Shown here piece by piece: positions 1 through 12,482 of a DNA stretch of 64,000 nt. Position 1 is the stretch's first letter; the number at the start of each line of letters is the position of its first letter. The stretch comes from Scyliorhinus canicula. Its lineage: Eukaryota. The DNA lies in NCBI RefSeq assembly GCF_902713615.1, contig NC_052175.1, forward strand, positions 8,697,941 through 8,761,940, read 5' to 3'. A program made the position numbers and the translations under genes. The notes beneath the pieces were generated by a model. It was not told the DNA's origin. It worked only from the letters and a program-made list of their open reading frames with translations, and made no database searches.

Positions 1-110
1 CACGCTGCCCAGGATGGAATGACATAAAAATGATTTGGCGCATAAGCTATTTCTAAATGTTTAGTCGCCTGTCAGCATTGCACATTTCAGTATTTAACAA
101 AACTGTCAGG

Positions 111-265
111 ATAACCATTCCTGTCCCCTTCCTTCTCATTATGTTGTGCATTCCAGTATTCCGCTGATCGGTGAGTATTCATGCTGAACTGGCATGTTTA
201 CATGCAACGAACTTCTGTCCATTGTGCATTGATTTTAAATACAAAATATAGTTTTTTTGTTTCAG
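111..265 (+). pseudogene. Possible degenerate Ig-type leader exon plus 95-nt intron
   Basis: Hydrophobic ITIPVPFLLIMLCIPVFR* ending GATCG|GTGAGT (donor 171); polypyrimidine acceptor TTTTTTTGTTTCAG at 265; downstream exon broken by a SINE. Confidence 0.3.
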
Positions 266-269
266 AAAA

Positions 270-548
270 TGGTGTGGCACAGTGGCACAGTGGTTAGCAC
301 TGATCCCTCACTGGTGCAGAGACCTAGTTTCAGTTCCGGCTTCGGGTGACGGTCTGTGTGGACTTTACACTTGCTCCCTTGTCCGTGTGGGCGTCTTCCG
401 GTTTCCTCCTTAGTGTCCAAAAGGTTAGGTGGGGTCACGGGGGTGGCGGTGTGGGTTTTAATTAGGGGGCTTATTCCAAGAGCCAGTGCAGAATCTATGA
501 GGCGAGTGGCCTCCTACTCAACTGCAGATTCTAAGATCTATGATCTAA
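270..548 (+). mobile_element. HE1-type tRNA-derived SINE, diverged
   Basis: TGGCACAGTGGTTAGCAC A-box head, SINE core, degenerate TCTATGATCTA tail. Confidence 0.8.
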
Positions 549-661
549 CTCTGTAAATAGTTACAACATTGAAACGCGAGTAACTGGACCTATTTGTTTC
601 CTTTCTTACCTTCTATAAATATGGCAGGCAATAAGGTTGCGCTTCTTCTCTTAGATATCGA

Positions 662-1454
662 TACTATATTGCTTTCAGAGTCGCCAGGCATCAAATGACA
701 CCACCACAAAGTTCAACCGGATATCGATCAAAGAGCCAAATAACCAGTTATTTCGTTGAAGATCAATGGTACTTTATTTACAAACAAGATTAATTTACAC
801 ATGCAACATAGACACTGCGAGCTAAACTACACCTAATAACTATGACAACCAATACTTAACTTTAGGCACCCGGCTTAGGTCAGAGGAACAGTGGCCTTTG
901 TTCGAATCAGGATCTACTGGGTCTGAAGAAGTAACTGCTGTTCAACTGGGCTCATCCGCCTGGTAGCGAGCGTTGAACTTGCGATTGGAGATGGACGTTG
1001 CCAGAGAGCCAGGTCCAAAAGTGATCGAACACATGGTAGTATTTCTCTCTCCTTGGGGAGATTCACGCTCATTTGGGCGCTCCTTATGGTTGACCCAATT
1101 AACTGGGCAGTTCTCGATCACTGCATTCGATCTCAGCCAATAAAGAGGCGGATGCCTGGATGGTGAGACGTGTCCTAAGCGGTCATTGACCTTGCTGTTT
1201 ATGCTTCCTGATTAAAGGGAGTGGCGCCGAAATGTCTGGCCTTGCATCGGTTACCTGAGTATGAGTCCTTTGTCTTATGGAGGTGGGTCATTAAAATGCT
1301 AATCGGTTGGGGATTTCGATGCTGTCTGGATTCTCTGCTCAGGAATATACATGCAGACTATGTACCTGCCTGCATCTTACATTGTCCACATTTCCCTTTA
1401 GGCTTTGCCAACGTCCATGTTTCATGTTGTAAGTGGCCATTCCAGATGGCTACG
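662..1454 (-). mobile_element. Solo LTR related to the LTR at 41320-42070
   Basis: Shares ordered blocks with 41320-42070 (CTAAACTACACCTAA, TCGATCAC..TCGATCTCA, GGCGGATG, GTGGCGCC, terminal TGGCTAC); no internal retroviral sequence adjacent. Confidence 0.7.
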
Positions 1455-1817
1455 TATTAAAATAATTCCTCAAAAGTAGTCTCAATGTATTTACCGCTGT
1501 GTTAAAAAGTTTTTCCTAATTGCCAGTATGGTATAAGTATTCTGATATTATCCAATTGCTACCAATATCTTTCGGAGACAAATCCCACACTCTCTGCCAC
1601 CAACATTCACTCTGAAGTACTTCTTCTGTGTCTTTTTCCAGAGCATGGATTTTTGTATGTAACTGGTTGTAAAACTTAACTGAGTGACAGGCCTTGATTC
1701 TTTACTCAGAGTTTCTGCAAGATGTCGGATGGGGGGCCATCATTTTCTCTTTATACATGGCCTATTGTGTGTCTAAGGGAAAAGTTAGGATGGGGGATCA
1801 TACCTAACAGACTATTT

Positions 1818-2178
1818 GGGCAGCACGGTAGCATAGTGGTTAGTATAAATGCTTCACAGCTCCAGGGTCCCAGGTTCGATTCCCGGCTGGGTCTCAATCT
1901 GTGCGGAGTCTGCACGTTCTCCCCGTGTGTGCGTGGGTTTCCTCCGGGTGCTCCGGTTTCCTCCCACAGTCCAAAGATGTGCGGGTTAGGGGGATTGGCC
2001 ATGCTAAATTGCCCGTAGTGTCCTAAAAGGTAAGATTTAAGCGGGGGGGGGGGGTGGGTTGTTGGGTTACGGGTATAGGGTGGATATGTGGGTTTGAGTA
2101 GGGTGATCATGGCTCGGCACAACATCGAGGGCCGAAGGGCCTGTCCTGTGCTGTACTGTTCTATGTTCTATGTTCTAT
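1818..2178 (+). mobile_element. HE1-type SINE, young full-length
   Basis: GGGCAGCACGGTAGCATAGTGGTTAG head, GGTTCGATTCCC B-box, CR1-like 3' end, (TTCTATG)n tail. Confidence 0.95.
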
Positions 2179-2376
2179 TATCGAGACAGGAGGTTCGGTT
2201 ATGGTGGTGGAGACGCAGTATTTTCTTTTTCCTCCCAAATAAATGGGGGCAGGTATAATCTCGAAGACACAAACATGAGTTCTGATGAAGCCACATTCGT
2301 CCAACTCTCTCTGTCCTACTGTAATGGCCCCTTTATGTTTGCATCCCGTGAGGGTGATACCATAGTGATCACAGAA

Positions 2377-2455
2377 AGTGACACAAGTCGGAATCGAACC
2401 TGGGATCCTGGAGCTGTGGAGCAATTGTGCTATCCACAATGCGACCATGCTGCCC
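2377..2455 (-). mobile_element. HE1-type SINE 5' head fragment
   Basis: Reverse complement of tRNA-like head (GAATCGAACC...TGCTGCCC). Confidence 0.85.
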
Positions 2456-2464
2456 TTAAGAACA

Positions 2465-3815
2465 AATTAATCTGCACACCATTATTCTAACATAATCCAT
2501 GTAATTATCCAATAGACGCGTGTAGGTCCCTAATGTTTCCGACTCAACTACTTTCACAGGCAGTGCATTCCATGCCCCCACTACTCTCTGGGTAAAGAAC
2601 CCACCTCTGACATCCCCCCTAAATATTTGAACATTCACCTTACATTTATGTGCCCTTGTAATGGTTTGTTCCACCCGGGGAAAAAGTCTCTGACTGTCTA
2701 TCTATTCCCCTGATCATCTTATAAACCTCTAGCAAGTCGCACCTCATCCTTCTCCGTTCCAATGAGAAAAGGCCCAGCACACTCAACCATTCCTCATAAG
2801 ACCTACCCTTCATTGCAGGCAACATCCTGGTAAATCTCCTTTGCACCTTCCATATCCTTCCTAAAATGGTTTTGTACAGCTGCATCATTACCTCACGGTT
2901 CTTAAATTCAGTCTCTCTGATAATTAACTCTAGCACACCATAGGCCTTCTTCACAGCTCTATCCACTTGAGTAACAACTTTCAAAGATCTATGAACATAG
3001 ACCCCAAGATCTCTCTGCTCCTCCACATTGCCAAGAACCCTACCGTTAACCCTGTATTCCCATTCATATTTGTCCTTCCAAAATGGACACGTTCACACCT
3101 GTCAGTGTTAAGCTCCATTTGCCACTTATCAACCCAGTTCTGCGTCCTATCTCTTTGCAGCCGTCAATAGCCCTCCTCACTATCCACAATTCCACCAATC
3201 TTCGTATATCTGCAAATTTACTGACCCACCCTTCAACTCCCTTATCCAAGTCATTAATGAAAATCACAAACAGCAGAGGACACAGAGCTCATCCCTGCGG
3301 TATAGAACATAGAACATAGAACAGTACAGCACAGAACAGGCCCTTCGGCCCTCAATGTTGTGCCGAGCCATGATCACCCCACTCAAACCCACGTATCCAC
3401 CCTATACCCGTAACCCAACAACCCCCCCCCCCTTAACCTTACTTTTATTAGGACACTACGGGCAATTTAGCATGGCCAATCCACCTAACCCGCACATCTT
3501 TGGACTGTGGGAGGAAACCCACGCACACAGGGGGAGGACGTGCAGACTCCACCCAGACAGTGACCAAGCCGGGAATCGAACCTGGGACCCTGGAGCTGTG
3601 AAGCAATTATGCTAACCACCATGCTACCCTGCTGCCCCGAATGCCACTGGTAACTGGGCTCCAGGCTGAATATTTGCCATGCAACACCACTCTCTGACGT
3701 ATATTGGTTAGCCAGTTCGTTGTCCAACTAGCCAAATTTTCCACTATCCCATGCCTCCTTACTTTCTGCATAAGACTACCATGGGGAACCTTATCAAATT
3801 CAAATAAAGACTTAA
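2465..3815 (-). mobile_element. CR1 LINE 3' ORF2 fragment, frameshifted, interrupted by SINE at 3302-3637
   Basis: Peptides FDKVPHG, FINDLDKGVEGWVSKFAD, RRFTRMLP, FFTQRVVGAWNALP. Confidence 0.92.
3302..3637 (-). mobile_element. HE1-type SINE nested in CR1
   Basis: (ATAGAAC)n tail at left, tRNA head at right; CR1 RT sequence resumes on both sides. Confidence 0.95.
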
Positions 3816-4189
3816 AACGATTGTTGTAATATGGAGTCAATCCAGCGAGGTTTCAAACCAGGTTCTGAATTTGCGGACGTTTCTGAAACCTTTTTAAAGG
3901 CCGTAATCCCTGTTGAAATCAAAATAATAGAAAATCATTGATCCCTCTACACTGTTCCACTGTTAATGTCCCCGCCTCTGTATTTTACATATAAGTTGAG
4001 TCACAAAGACAGGTCTATCCGCCATACATATCTCCGGCAACTTTATGTTGCACTGCACCAGTTCAGGGGCGTTGTCACATTCGCACGAATGGTCAGAAAT
4101 CTAAATGTCAACCTCTTCTCTCAGTAACGTATTTCTGATCCGCTGTGTGTTCGAGCATTTGCCGCTATTATTTTTTTTTACTTTATTTT

Positions 4190-6690
4190 TTTTACAGCGC
4201 AGTACAGGCCCTTCGGCCCACGATGTTGCACCGACATGGGAAGTCAAAAACTAAAGGCCATCTAACCTACACGATGCCATTATCATCCATATGCTTATCC
4301 AATAAACTTTTAAATGCCCTCAATGTTGGCGAGTTCACTACTGTTGCAGGTAGGGCATTCCACGGCCTCACCATTCTTTGCGTAAAAAACCTACCTCTGA
4401 CATCTGTCCTACATCTATTACCCCTCAATTTATGGCTATGTTCCCTCGTGCTAGCCACCTCCATCCGCGGGAGAAGGCTCTCACTGTCCACCCTATCTAA
4501 CCCTCTGATCATTTTGTATGCCTCTATTAAGTCACCTCTTAACCTTCTTCTCTCTGACGAAAACAACCTCAAGTCCATCCGCCTTTCCTCATAAGATTTT
4601 ACCTCCATACCAGGCAACATCCTGGTAAATCTCCTCTGCACCCGTTCCAAAGTTTCCACGTCCTTCCTATAATGAGGCGACCAGAACTGTATGCAATACT
4701 CCAAATGCGGCCGTACCAGAGTTTTGTACAGCTGCAACATGACCTCATGGCTCCGGAACTCAATCTCTCTACCAATAAAGGCCAAAACACCATAGGCCTT
4801 CTTCACAACCCTATCAACCTATGTGGCAACTTTCAGGGATCTATGTACATGGACACCGAGATCCCTCTGCTCATCCACACTACCAAGAATTTTACTATGA
4901 GCCAAATATTCCACATTCCTGTTATTCTTTCCAAAGTGAATCAGCTCACAATTCTCTACATTAAACTCCATTTGCCACCTCTCAGCCCAGCTCTGCAGCT
5001 TATCTATGTCCCTCTGTAACATGCAACATCCTTCCACACTGTCTACAACTCCACCGACTTTAGTGTCTTCTGCAAATTTACTCACCCAACCTTCTGTGCC
5101 CTCCTCTAGGTCATTTATAAAAATGACAAACAGCAGCGGCCCCAGAACATATCCTTGTGGTACGCCACTCGTAACTGAACTCCATTATGAACATTTGCCA
5201 TCAACCACCACCCTCTGTCTTCTTTCAACTAGCCAATTTCTGATCCACATCTCAAAATCACCCTCAATCCCCAGCCTCCGTATTTTCTGCAATAGCCGAC
5301 CGCGGGGAACCTTATCAAACGCTTTACTGAAATCCATATACACCACATCAACTGCTCTACCCTCGTCTACCTGTTCAGTCTCCTTCTCAAAGAACTCGAT
5401 AAGGTTTGTGAGGCATGACCTACCATTCACAAAACCATGCTGACTATCCCTAATCATATTATTCCAATCTAGATGATTATAAATCGTATCTCTTATAATC
5501 CTCTCCAAGACGTTACCCACAACAGAAGTGAGGCTCACCGGCCTATAGTTACCGGGTTTATCTCTACTCCCCTTCTTGAACAAATGGACCACATTTGCTA
5601 TCCTCCAGTCCTCTGGCACTATTCCTGTAGCCAATGATGTCATAAAAATCAACGCCAAAGGCTCAGCAATCTCTTCCCTGGCTTCCCAGAGAATCAAAGG
5701 ATAAATCCCATCAGGCCCCGGGGACTTATCTATTTTCACCTTGTCCAGAATTTCCAACACCTTCCCTACGCACCTCATTCTAATCTAATTATATTCTGAG
5801 AGCCTGGGTCTCAGCATTCTCCTCCACAACATTATCTTTTTCCTGAGTGAATACTGACGAAAAGTATTCATTTAGTATCTCGCTTATCTCCTCAGCCTCC
5901 ACACACAACTTCCCACCACTGTCCTTGACTGGCCCTACTCTTACCCTAGTCATTCTTTTATTCCTGACATACCTATCGAAAGCTTTTGGGTTTTCCTTGA
6001 TCCTACCTGCCAAAGACTTTTCATGTCCCCTCCTTGCTCGTCTTAGCTCTCTCTTTAGATCCTTCCACGCTTCCTTGTAACTATGAAGCGCTCCAACTGA
6101 AACTTCACGCCTCATCTTCACATAGGCCTCCTTCTTCCTCTGAACAAGAGATTCCACTTCTTTGGTAAACCACGGTTCCCTCGCTCTACCCCTTCCTCCC
6201 TGTCTGACTGGTACGTACTTATCAAGAACACGCAATAGCTGTTCCTTGAACAAGCTCCACATATCCAGTGTGCCCAACCCTTGCAGCCTACTTCTCCAAC
6301 CTACACATTCTAAGTCATGTCTAATGGCATCATAATTGCCCTTCCCCCAGCTATAACTCTTGCCCTGCGGGGTATACTTATCCCTTTCCATCACTAACGT
6401 AAATGTCACCGAATTGTGGTCACTGTCTCCAAAGTGCTCACCTGCCTCCAGATCTAACACCTGGCCTGGTTCATTACCCAAAACCAAATCCAATGTGGCC
6501 TCGCCTCTTGTTGGCCTGTCAACATATTGTGTCAGGAAACCCTCCTGCACACATTGTACAGAGAACGACCCATCTAATGTACTCGAAGTATACATTTTCC
6601 AGTCAATATTTGGAAAGTTAAAGTCTCCCATAACAACTACCCTGTTACTTTCGCTCTTTTCCAGAATCATCTTCGCCATCCTTTCCTCTA
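4190..6690 (-). mobile_element. CR1 LINE, 5'-truncated, frameshifted ORF2 (APE C-terminus plus RT)
   Basis: ORFs 5789-6679 (MGDFNFP, SDHN), 5185-5778 (KSPGPDG, NYRPVSLTS, MDFSKAFDKV), 4819-5085, 4267-4806; 3' end shared with the SINE tail. Confidence 0.95.
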
Positions 6691-7239
6691 CTACACAATC
6701 TTACAAAATAAACGTAAACATTGGGGTGTCAGTCCAGTATCCTAGCTACAGTTGGGGTGTGGACTGGGATCGTAATGATAGTGATCTACCAGTAATACTT
6801 TTTGTCTACAATGCACACTTTCTGTGAATCTAATATGTGCCTAATACAAATGAATGAACAGCTCAATATTAAAAAATTGGAACTGATAGGGTATCATGCA
6901 AAGCAGAACTATGGAATGTGGTTAGAAAACTACCAGTAGGAACCTAATAACCACATATAAAGCAAATGGTAACTATAACAAACATTTACTATACTATACA
7001 GGTACTTTTAAAACCAGGCACCAAAACCAAGAGGGGTTCCACAAGGGAAACGACCTTTAATATCATCCCTTTCCTGAAGATGCCCTTCTCCTATATGTCC
7101 CTTTTAGTTTCTTTTATGGTTATGACATTATCAAAACTATGTCAAAATATCATTCCACTTCTGAAAGTATTGACTCACATGCAAGTAGTGCCTTCTGACC
7201 ACAGTTATTCTCTGAGAGGATAGGCTATTTTTCAAAAAA

Positions 7240-7432
7240 AGTCCAATTAAAGGGCAATTTAGCGTGGCCAATCCACCTACCTTACACATTTTTGGGTTTT
7301 TTTGGGGGGGAGGAGAGTGGTGAGACCCATGCAGACTGTGCGAACTCCACAAGGACAGCGACCCTGGACCAAGGACAAATCCAGGTCCTCGGCATGTGGG
7401 GCAGCTGTGCTAACCACTGCACCGCCATGTCG
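7240..7432 (-). mobile_element. HE1-type SINE, partial
   Basis: Reverse-complement head and core (GTGCTAACCACTG, GGCCAATCCACCTA). Confidence 0.75.
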
Positions 7433-7599
7433 CTCCAGGATAGGCCATTTCTAACACAAATGTGGTACAGTTCAGCTGAACTGTCTCCACAACTGACATC
7501 TATACACACTTTCCAGCAAAAGACATGGAGTATCAATCAGCAGCAGGGGCCCATGCTGATCTTCTCTTCCTAAGCCCAGAAGCCAATAGCATTGATTAT

Positions 7600-9885
7600 A
7601 TATGTGGAATTTAAAATACAGATGGAGGGTGAGAAAGTAAAATCAAATACTAGTGTTTTGTGTTTAAACAAAGGAGATTACAAGGGGATGAGAGAAGAAC
7701 TAGCTAAGGTAGACTGGGAGCTAAGACTTTATGGTGGAACAGTTGAGGAACAGTGGAGAACCTTCCAAGCGATTTTTCACAGTGCTCAGCAAAGGTTTAT
7801 ACCAACAAAAAGGAAGGACGGAAGAAAGAGGGAAAATCGACCGTGGATATCTAAGGAAATAAGGGAGAGTATCAAATTGAAGGAAAAAGCATATAAAGTG
7901 GCAAAGATTGCTGGGAGATTAGAGGACTGGGAAATCTTTAGGGGGCAACAGAAAGCTACTAAAAAAGCTATAAAGAAGAGTAAGATAGAGTATGAGAGTA
8001 AACTTGCTCAGAATATAAAAACAGACAGTAAAAGTTTTTACAAATATATAAGACAAAAAAGAGTGGCTAAGGTAAATATTGGTCCTTTAGAGGATGAGAA
8101 GGGAGTTTTAATAATGGGAAATGAGGAAATGGCTGAGGAACTGAACAGGTTTTTTGGGTCGGTCTTCACAGTGGAAGACACAAATAACATGCCAGTGACT
8201 GATAGAAATGAGGCTATGACAGGTGAGGACCTTGAGACGATTGTTATCACTAAGGAGGGAGTGATGGGCAAGCTAATGGGGCTAAAGGTAGACAAGTCTC
8301 CTGGCCCTGATGGAATGCATCCCAAAGTGCTAAAAGAGATGGCGAGGGAAATTGCAGATGCACTAGTGATAATTTACCGAAATTCACTAGACTCTGGGGT
8401 GGTCCCGGTGGATTGGAAATTAGCAAACGTGACGCCACTGTTTAAAAAAGGAGGTAGGCAGAAAGCAGGAAATTATAGGCCAGTGAGTTTAACTTCGGTA
8501 ATAGGGAAGATGCTGGAATCTATCATCAAGGAAGAAATTGCGAGGCATCTGGCTAGAAATTGTCCCATTGAGCAGACGCAGCATGGGTTCGTAAAAGGCA
8601 GGTCGTGCATAACTAATTTAGTGGAATTTTTTGAGGACATTACCAGTGCAGTAGATAACGGGGAGCCGATGGATGTGGTATATCTGGATTTCCAGAAAGC
8701 CTTTGACAAGGTGCCACACAAAAGGTTGCTGCATAAGATAAAGATGCATGGCATTAAGGGTAAAGTAGTAGCATGGATAGAGGATTGGTTAATTAATAGA
8801 AAGCAAAGAGTTGGGATAAATGGGTGTTTCTCTGGTTGGCAATCAGTAGCTAGTGGTGTCCCTCAGGGATCCGTGTTGGGCCCACAATTGTTCACAATTT
8901 ACATTGATGATTTGGAGTTGGGGACCAAGGGCAATGTGTCCAAGTTTGCAGATGACACTAAGATGAGTGGTAAAGCGAAAAGTACAGAGGATACTGGAAG
9001 TCTGCAGAGGGATTTGGATAGGTTAAGTGAATGGGCTCGGGTCTGGCAGATGGAATACAATGTTGACAAATGTGAGGTTATCCATTTTGGTAGGAATAAC
9101 AGCAAACGGGATTATTATTTAAACCATAAAATATTAAAGCATGCCGCTGTTCAGAGAGACTTGGGTGTGCTAGTGCATGAGTCACAGAAGGTTGGTTTAC
9201 AAGTGCAACAGGTGATTAATAAGGCAAATGGAATTTTGTCCTTCATTGCTAGAGGGATGGAGTTTAAGACTAGGGAGGTTATGTTGCAATTGTATAAGGT
9301 GTTAGTGCGGCCACACCTGGAGTATTGTGTTCAGTTTTGGTCTCCTTACTTGAGAAAGGACATACTGGCACTGGAGGGTGTGCAGAGTAGATTCACTAGG
9401 TTAATCCCAGAGCTGAAGGGGTTGGATTATGAGGAGAGGTTGAGTAGACTGGGACTGTACTGGTTGGAATTTAGAAGGATGAGGGGGGATCTTATAGAAA
9501 CATTTAAAATTATGAAGGGAATAGATAGGATAGATGCGGGCAGGTTGTTTCCACTGGCGGGTGACAGCAGAACTAGGGGGCATAGCCTCAAAATAAGGGG
9601 AAGTAGATTTAGGACTGAGTTTAGGAGGAACTTCTTCACCCAAAGGGTTGTGAATCTATGGAATTCCTTGCCCAGTGAAGCAGTTGAGGCTCCTTCATTA
9701 CATGTTTTTAAGGTAAAGATAGATAGTTTTTTGAAGAATAAAGGGATTAAGGGTTATGGTGTTCGGGCCGGAAAGTGGAGCTGAGCCCACAAAAGATCAG
9801 CCATGATCTAATTGAATGGCGGAGCAGGCTCGAGGGGCCAGATGGCCTACTCCTGCTCCTAGTTCTTATGTTCTTATGTTCTTAT
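7600..9885 (+). mobile_element. Young 5'-truncated CR1 LINE with uninterrupted RT frame
   Basis: 730-codon stop-free frame 7592-9784 (KSPGPDG, DFQKAFDKV, VPQGSVLGP, KFADDTK); no APE domain; 3' UTR then (TTCTTATG)3 tail at 9863-9885. Confidence 0.97.
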
Positions 9886-9886
9886 A

Positions 9887-10150
9887 TTCATTACCAATCC
9901 AATTGAGATCAGCAAAGACAGTACTTTGTGCTTATTTTACCACTGGAATAAAGTAACGTATTTTGCACCCAATACTAATATCAAACAGCTCAATTTCAGA
10001 AACAGTTGGTCGAGCTTCAATGTTAAAGCTTCTCCAGCCATAGATCAGGATGGTCCTGTTCAATTCAGTCAGAATTTTCCTCAATGAAGGACATACACAG
10101 GCTGTGTCATCTTGTGGGATGAGCACAGAAATCTCCATCTTTTTTGACAA
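9887..10150 (+). pseudogene. Possible degenerate Ig C1-set exon, 5' end cut by CR1
   Basis: Frame from 9887 reads PIEISKDSTLCL...ASPAIDQDGPVQFSQNFPQ*RTYTGCVIL; colinear by eye with the C1 exon at 35001 (SKETVPVVCL...ASTMDVDGPYDITSQ...IWRSGGLCTCIV); stop at 10085. Confidence 0.33.
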
Positions 10151-10394
10151 ATCTATTTTTATGTCAAATTAACTATCTGATGTCATATTTTTGGTAATAG
10201 CTGCAGGGAGAATAAAATCAAGGAAACAATGATAAAACGTTGATAATGTGCTTCAATCTCAATTGGAATATGGTGCCCTGTTCTGGATTGAAGAAGCAAA
10301 TAGACTCGCAAACAGATTTGGCTTTTCACAATCACTTCATTTGAAGCCTACTTGTGCCAATAAGCGATTTTCAGATGCTCACGAATGGTCTCAG

Positions 10395-10890
10395 GGCTGA
10401 GCACCTTCTCGCACGTTGGTAGGTTGGAGACATTTGGACTTTCGTTCTTGCAGAGGAATGGACGTGTTGAGAATCATGACGGTCTGGTGAGAGTTGATGG
10501 GGAGAAACATCTCATTGGTGTAAGAATCTAGAACACGAGGGGACATGTCCAAATTGAGCGGAAAATGATTCAGCATTGATATAAACACAATCTATTGTAA
10601 TCCCTGCAGTGCAGTAGGAGCATATTCGGCCCATCAAGTCTGCTCCGGTCTTCTGAAAGTGTACCTTTCTTCGGCCCAAACTCCACACCATCCCGTAACC
10701 TCAAGGCGTGCCAATGTAGCATAGCCAATCCACTCAGCATGGACTGTGGGAGAGAACCTCAGCTCCCATAGGAAACCCATGCAGAAACAGGGAGAATGTG
10801 CAAGCTTCACAGATACTGTCTCCCAAGGCCGGAATAGAAACAGGCTCCTTGACTGTCAGACAACAGTGCTAACCGCTGTGTCCCAGCGCT
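10395..10890 (-). mobile_element. Old CR1 3' fragment followed by diverged HE1-type SINE
   Basis: CR1-like peptide debris 10395-10585; SINE reverse complement about 10600-10890. Confidence 0.7.
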
Positions 10891-11257
10891 GAACAAGAAT
10901 GGTGTGACTATTTGGATACATGATTACAGGAGCAGACCACAGGCACGATTAACCAATTGAGTCCTTCCGGGTCTGCAAAAATCCACGAGTCACTTAAAAA
11001 ATAAGGCAGGAAATAATGTTGAAATGATATATTCTGATGCATTATGAATATGGAACGAATCAGATTGTGCTTTCAGTTAATTGATGTCAAGCAGCCAACG
11101 GAGTGTCATTTATTCCGTTCTTAACTCTGCCGTTGCCCGTTTTATTTTTATGATTGATGTCACACAGGAGTTTGCTGGTCCATCTTTTAAACTGGTTTGC
11201 ATTTCCTATCAGAAAATCACCCCCACCTCCCAAATAAAAATGTCTGGTTTGTTACAG

Positions 11258-11388
11258 CAGCATTCTCTAAGTATTGTATTTATGTGGGATGGTCCAATGC
11301 GGTCCTTCCTGCTGTAGTAACTGTACTGGCGATTCCCGTTCTACTCTGCATCGTTTTGTTCATTTGGATTCGTAAAAGCGGCAGATCA
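11258..11388 (+). pseudogene. Probable transmembrane exon of a type I membrane (IgSF-like) gene
   Basis: Acceptor TTTGTTACAG, phase 1; AAFSKYCIYVGWSNAVLPAVVTVLAIPVLLCIVLFIWIRKSGRS = Cys stalk, uncharged TM, basic stop-transfer; donor weak (GTTGAA). Confidence 0.5.
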
Positions 11389-11743
11389 GTTGAAGATTCT
11401 CGTTTATGAAGCGCAATTGCGTAATCAGAATTGTTGGCCGAATTATCATAGTTTGAAATTATTAACTCGTTTCGTCATTGAGAAGAACGAGTCAAGAGAC
11501 ACCACAATTGAAAGCGAGTGAATGAACCACTTGCAAATGTCTTCCCTGAGGCCGTATCTGTATTAACACTGTTCACTCAGTTGCACGCCAGCACTTTTTC
11601 CAATGGCAGATGTTCCGTGAGCTTCAAAATGCTCTAGGAACGGGATTTATTTCTCATCGCGACTTCTGCTGGCACCGAGACAGGATTTGTAAAACTTAAT
11701 GTTAGTTTGATTATTCCGCCTGATCCGTTTTGTATTTTGAGAG

Positions 11744-11782
11744 GAAAAATACAAAGAGAAGGGCGGGAAAAACGACAAACAG
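11744..11782 (+). pseudogene. Possible short cytoplasmic exon
   Basis: 39 nt, phase 1-1, GKIQREGREKRQT, strong donor CAG|GTAAGT; acceptor weak. Confidence 0.3.
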
Positions 11783-12300
11783 GTAAGTGACATCGAAATG
11801 TTGCCGAAGAATAAATGTGAAATTGAGGAAATTTGACTGATAATGACAGCAATAGGTTTGCTGGATAGTAGTAACAAGAAACAAGGGATAGACCATGCAT
11901 GTCCATCCATTGAAAAATGATTCTGCCCTTTAGATTGGCGGGATCTTTGACAGATTGCCGGACACTTTCTGTTTTGGGGAAAGTTGGAGTGTTCGGGAGC
12001 TTGAAGGAATAATTCCTCATAGAAGTATTAGGGGAGAATTGCTGTATTGTGCCTCTCTAATTAGTCGCAGATCAGCCTGAAAAGCATAACATTTAGATTC
12101 ATATCTGAATGACTAATACACAGATTAATCCTAAAACAGAGGCAAAGTGTGAAATACAAGTGAGGTTATTGTGAACTTTTGTAATACTGCACAGAAACGT
12201 GATGATCTTTGGAGCAGGGTACATTATCTCCCCTTGCTGGATATTCCATAAGGTTAACAAAGAGCACGTCTGAGTGTCCAACATCTGAATTGTAGTGATC

Positions 12301-12482
12301 GGGCGGCATGGCGGCGCTGTAGTTACCACTGCTGCCTCACCTCGTGGAGGAAACGGGTTTGATCCGTCACTGAGTCACTGTCCGTGTGGAGATTCCACAT
12401 TCTCTCCTTGTCTGCGTAGGTCTCATCCGCACAGCCCAAATATATTCAGAGTTGGCGGGTTGGCCACGCTAAAGTGTCCCTA
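12301..12482 (+). mobile_element. HE1-type SINE, diverged partial
   Basis: GGGCGGCATGG head and SINE core. Confidence 0.75.

Noticed and set aside
1818-1890. tRNA-like A and B boxes at SINE heads
   Set aside because: No cloverleaf or acceptor stem; continue into SINE body, so not tRNA genes
1641-2376. Strong acceptor at 1640 followed by V-lambda-like words (FCKMSDGG..YTW, GIIPNRL) and ORF 2170-2490
   Set aside because: Stops in frame, motif spacing wrong, and the ORF ends are SINE-derived; cannot be supported without a profile search
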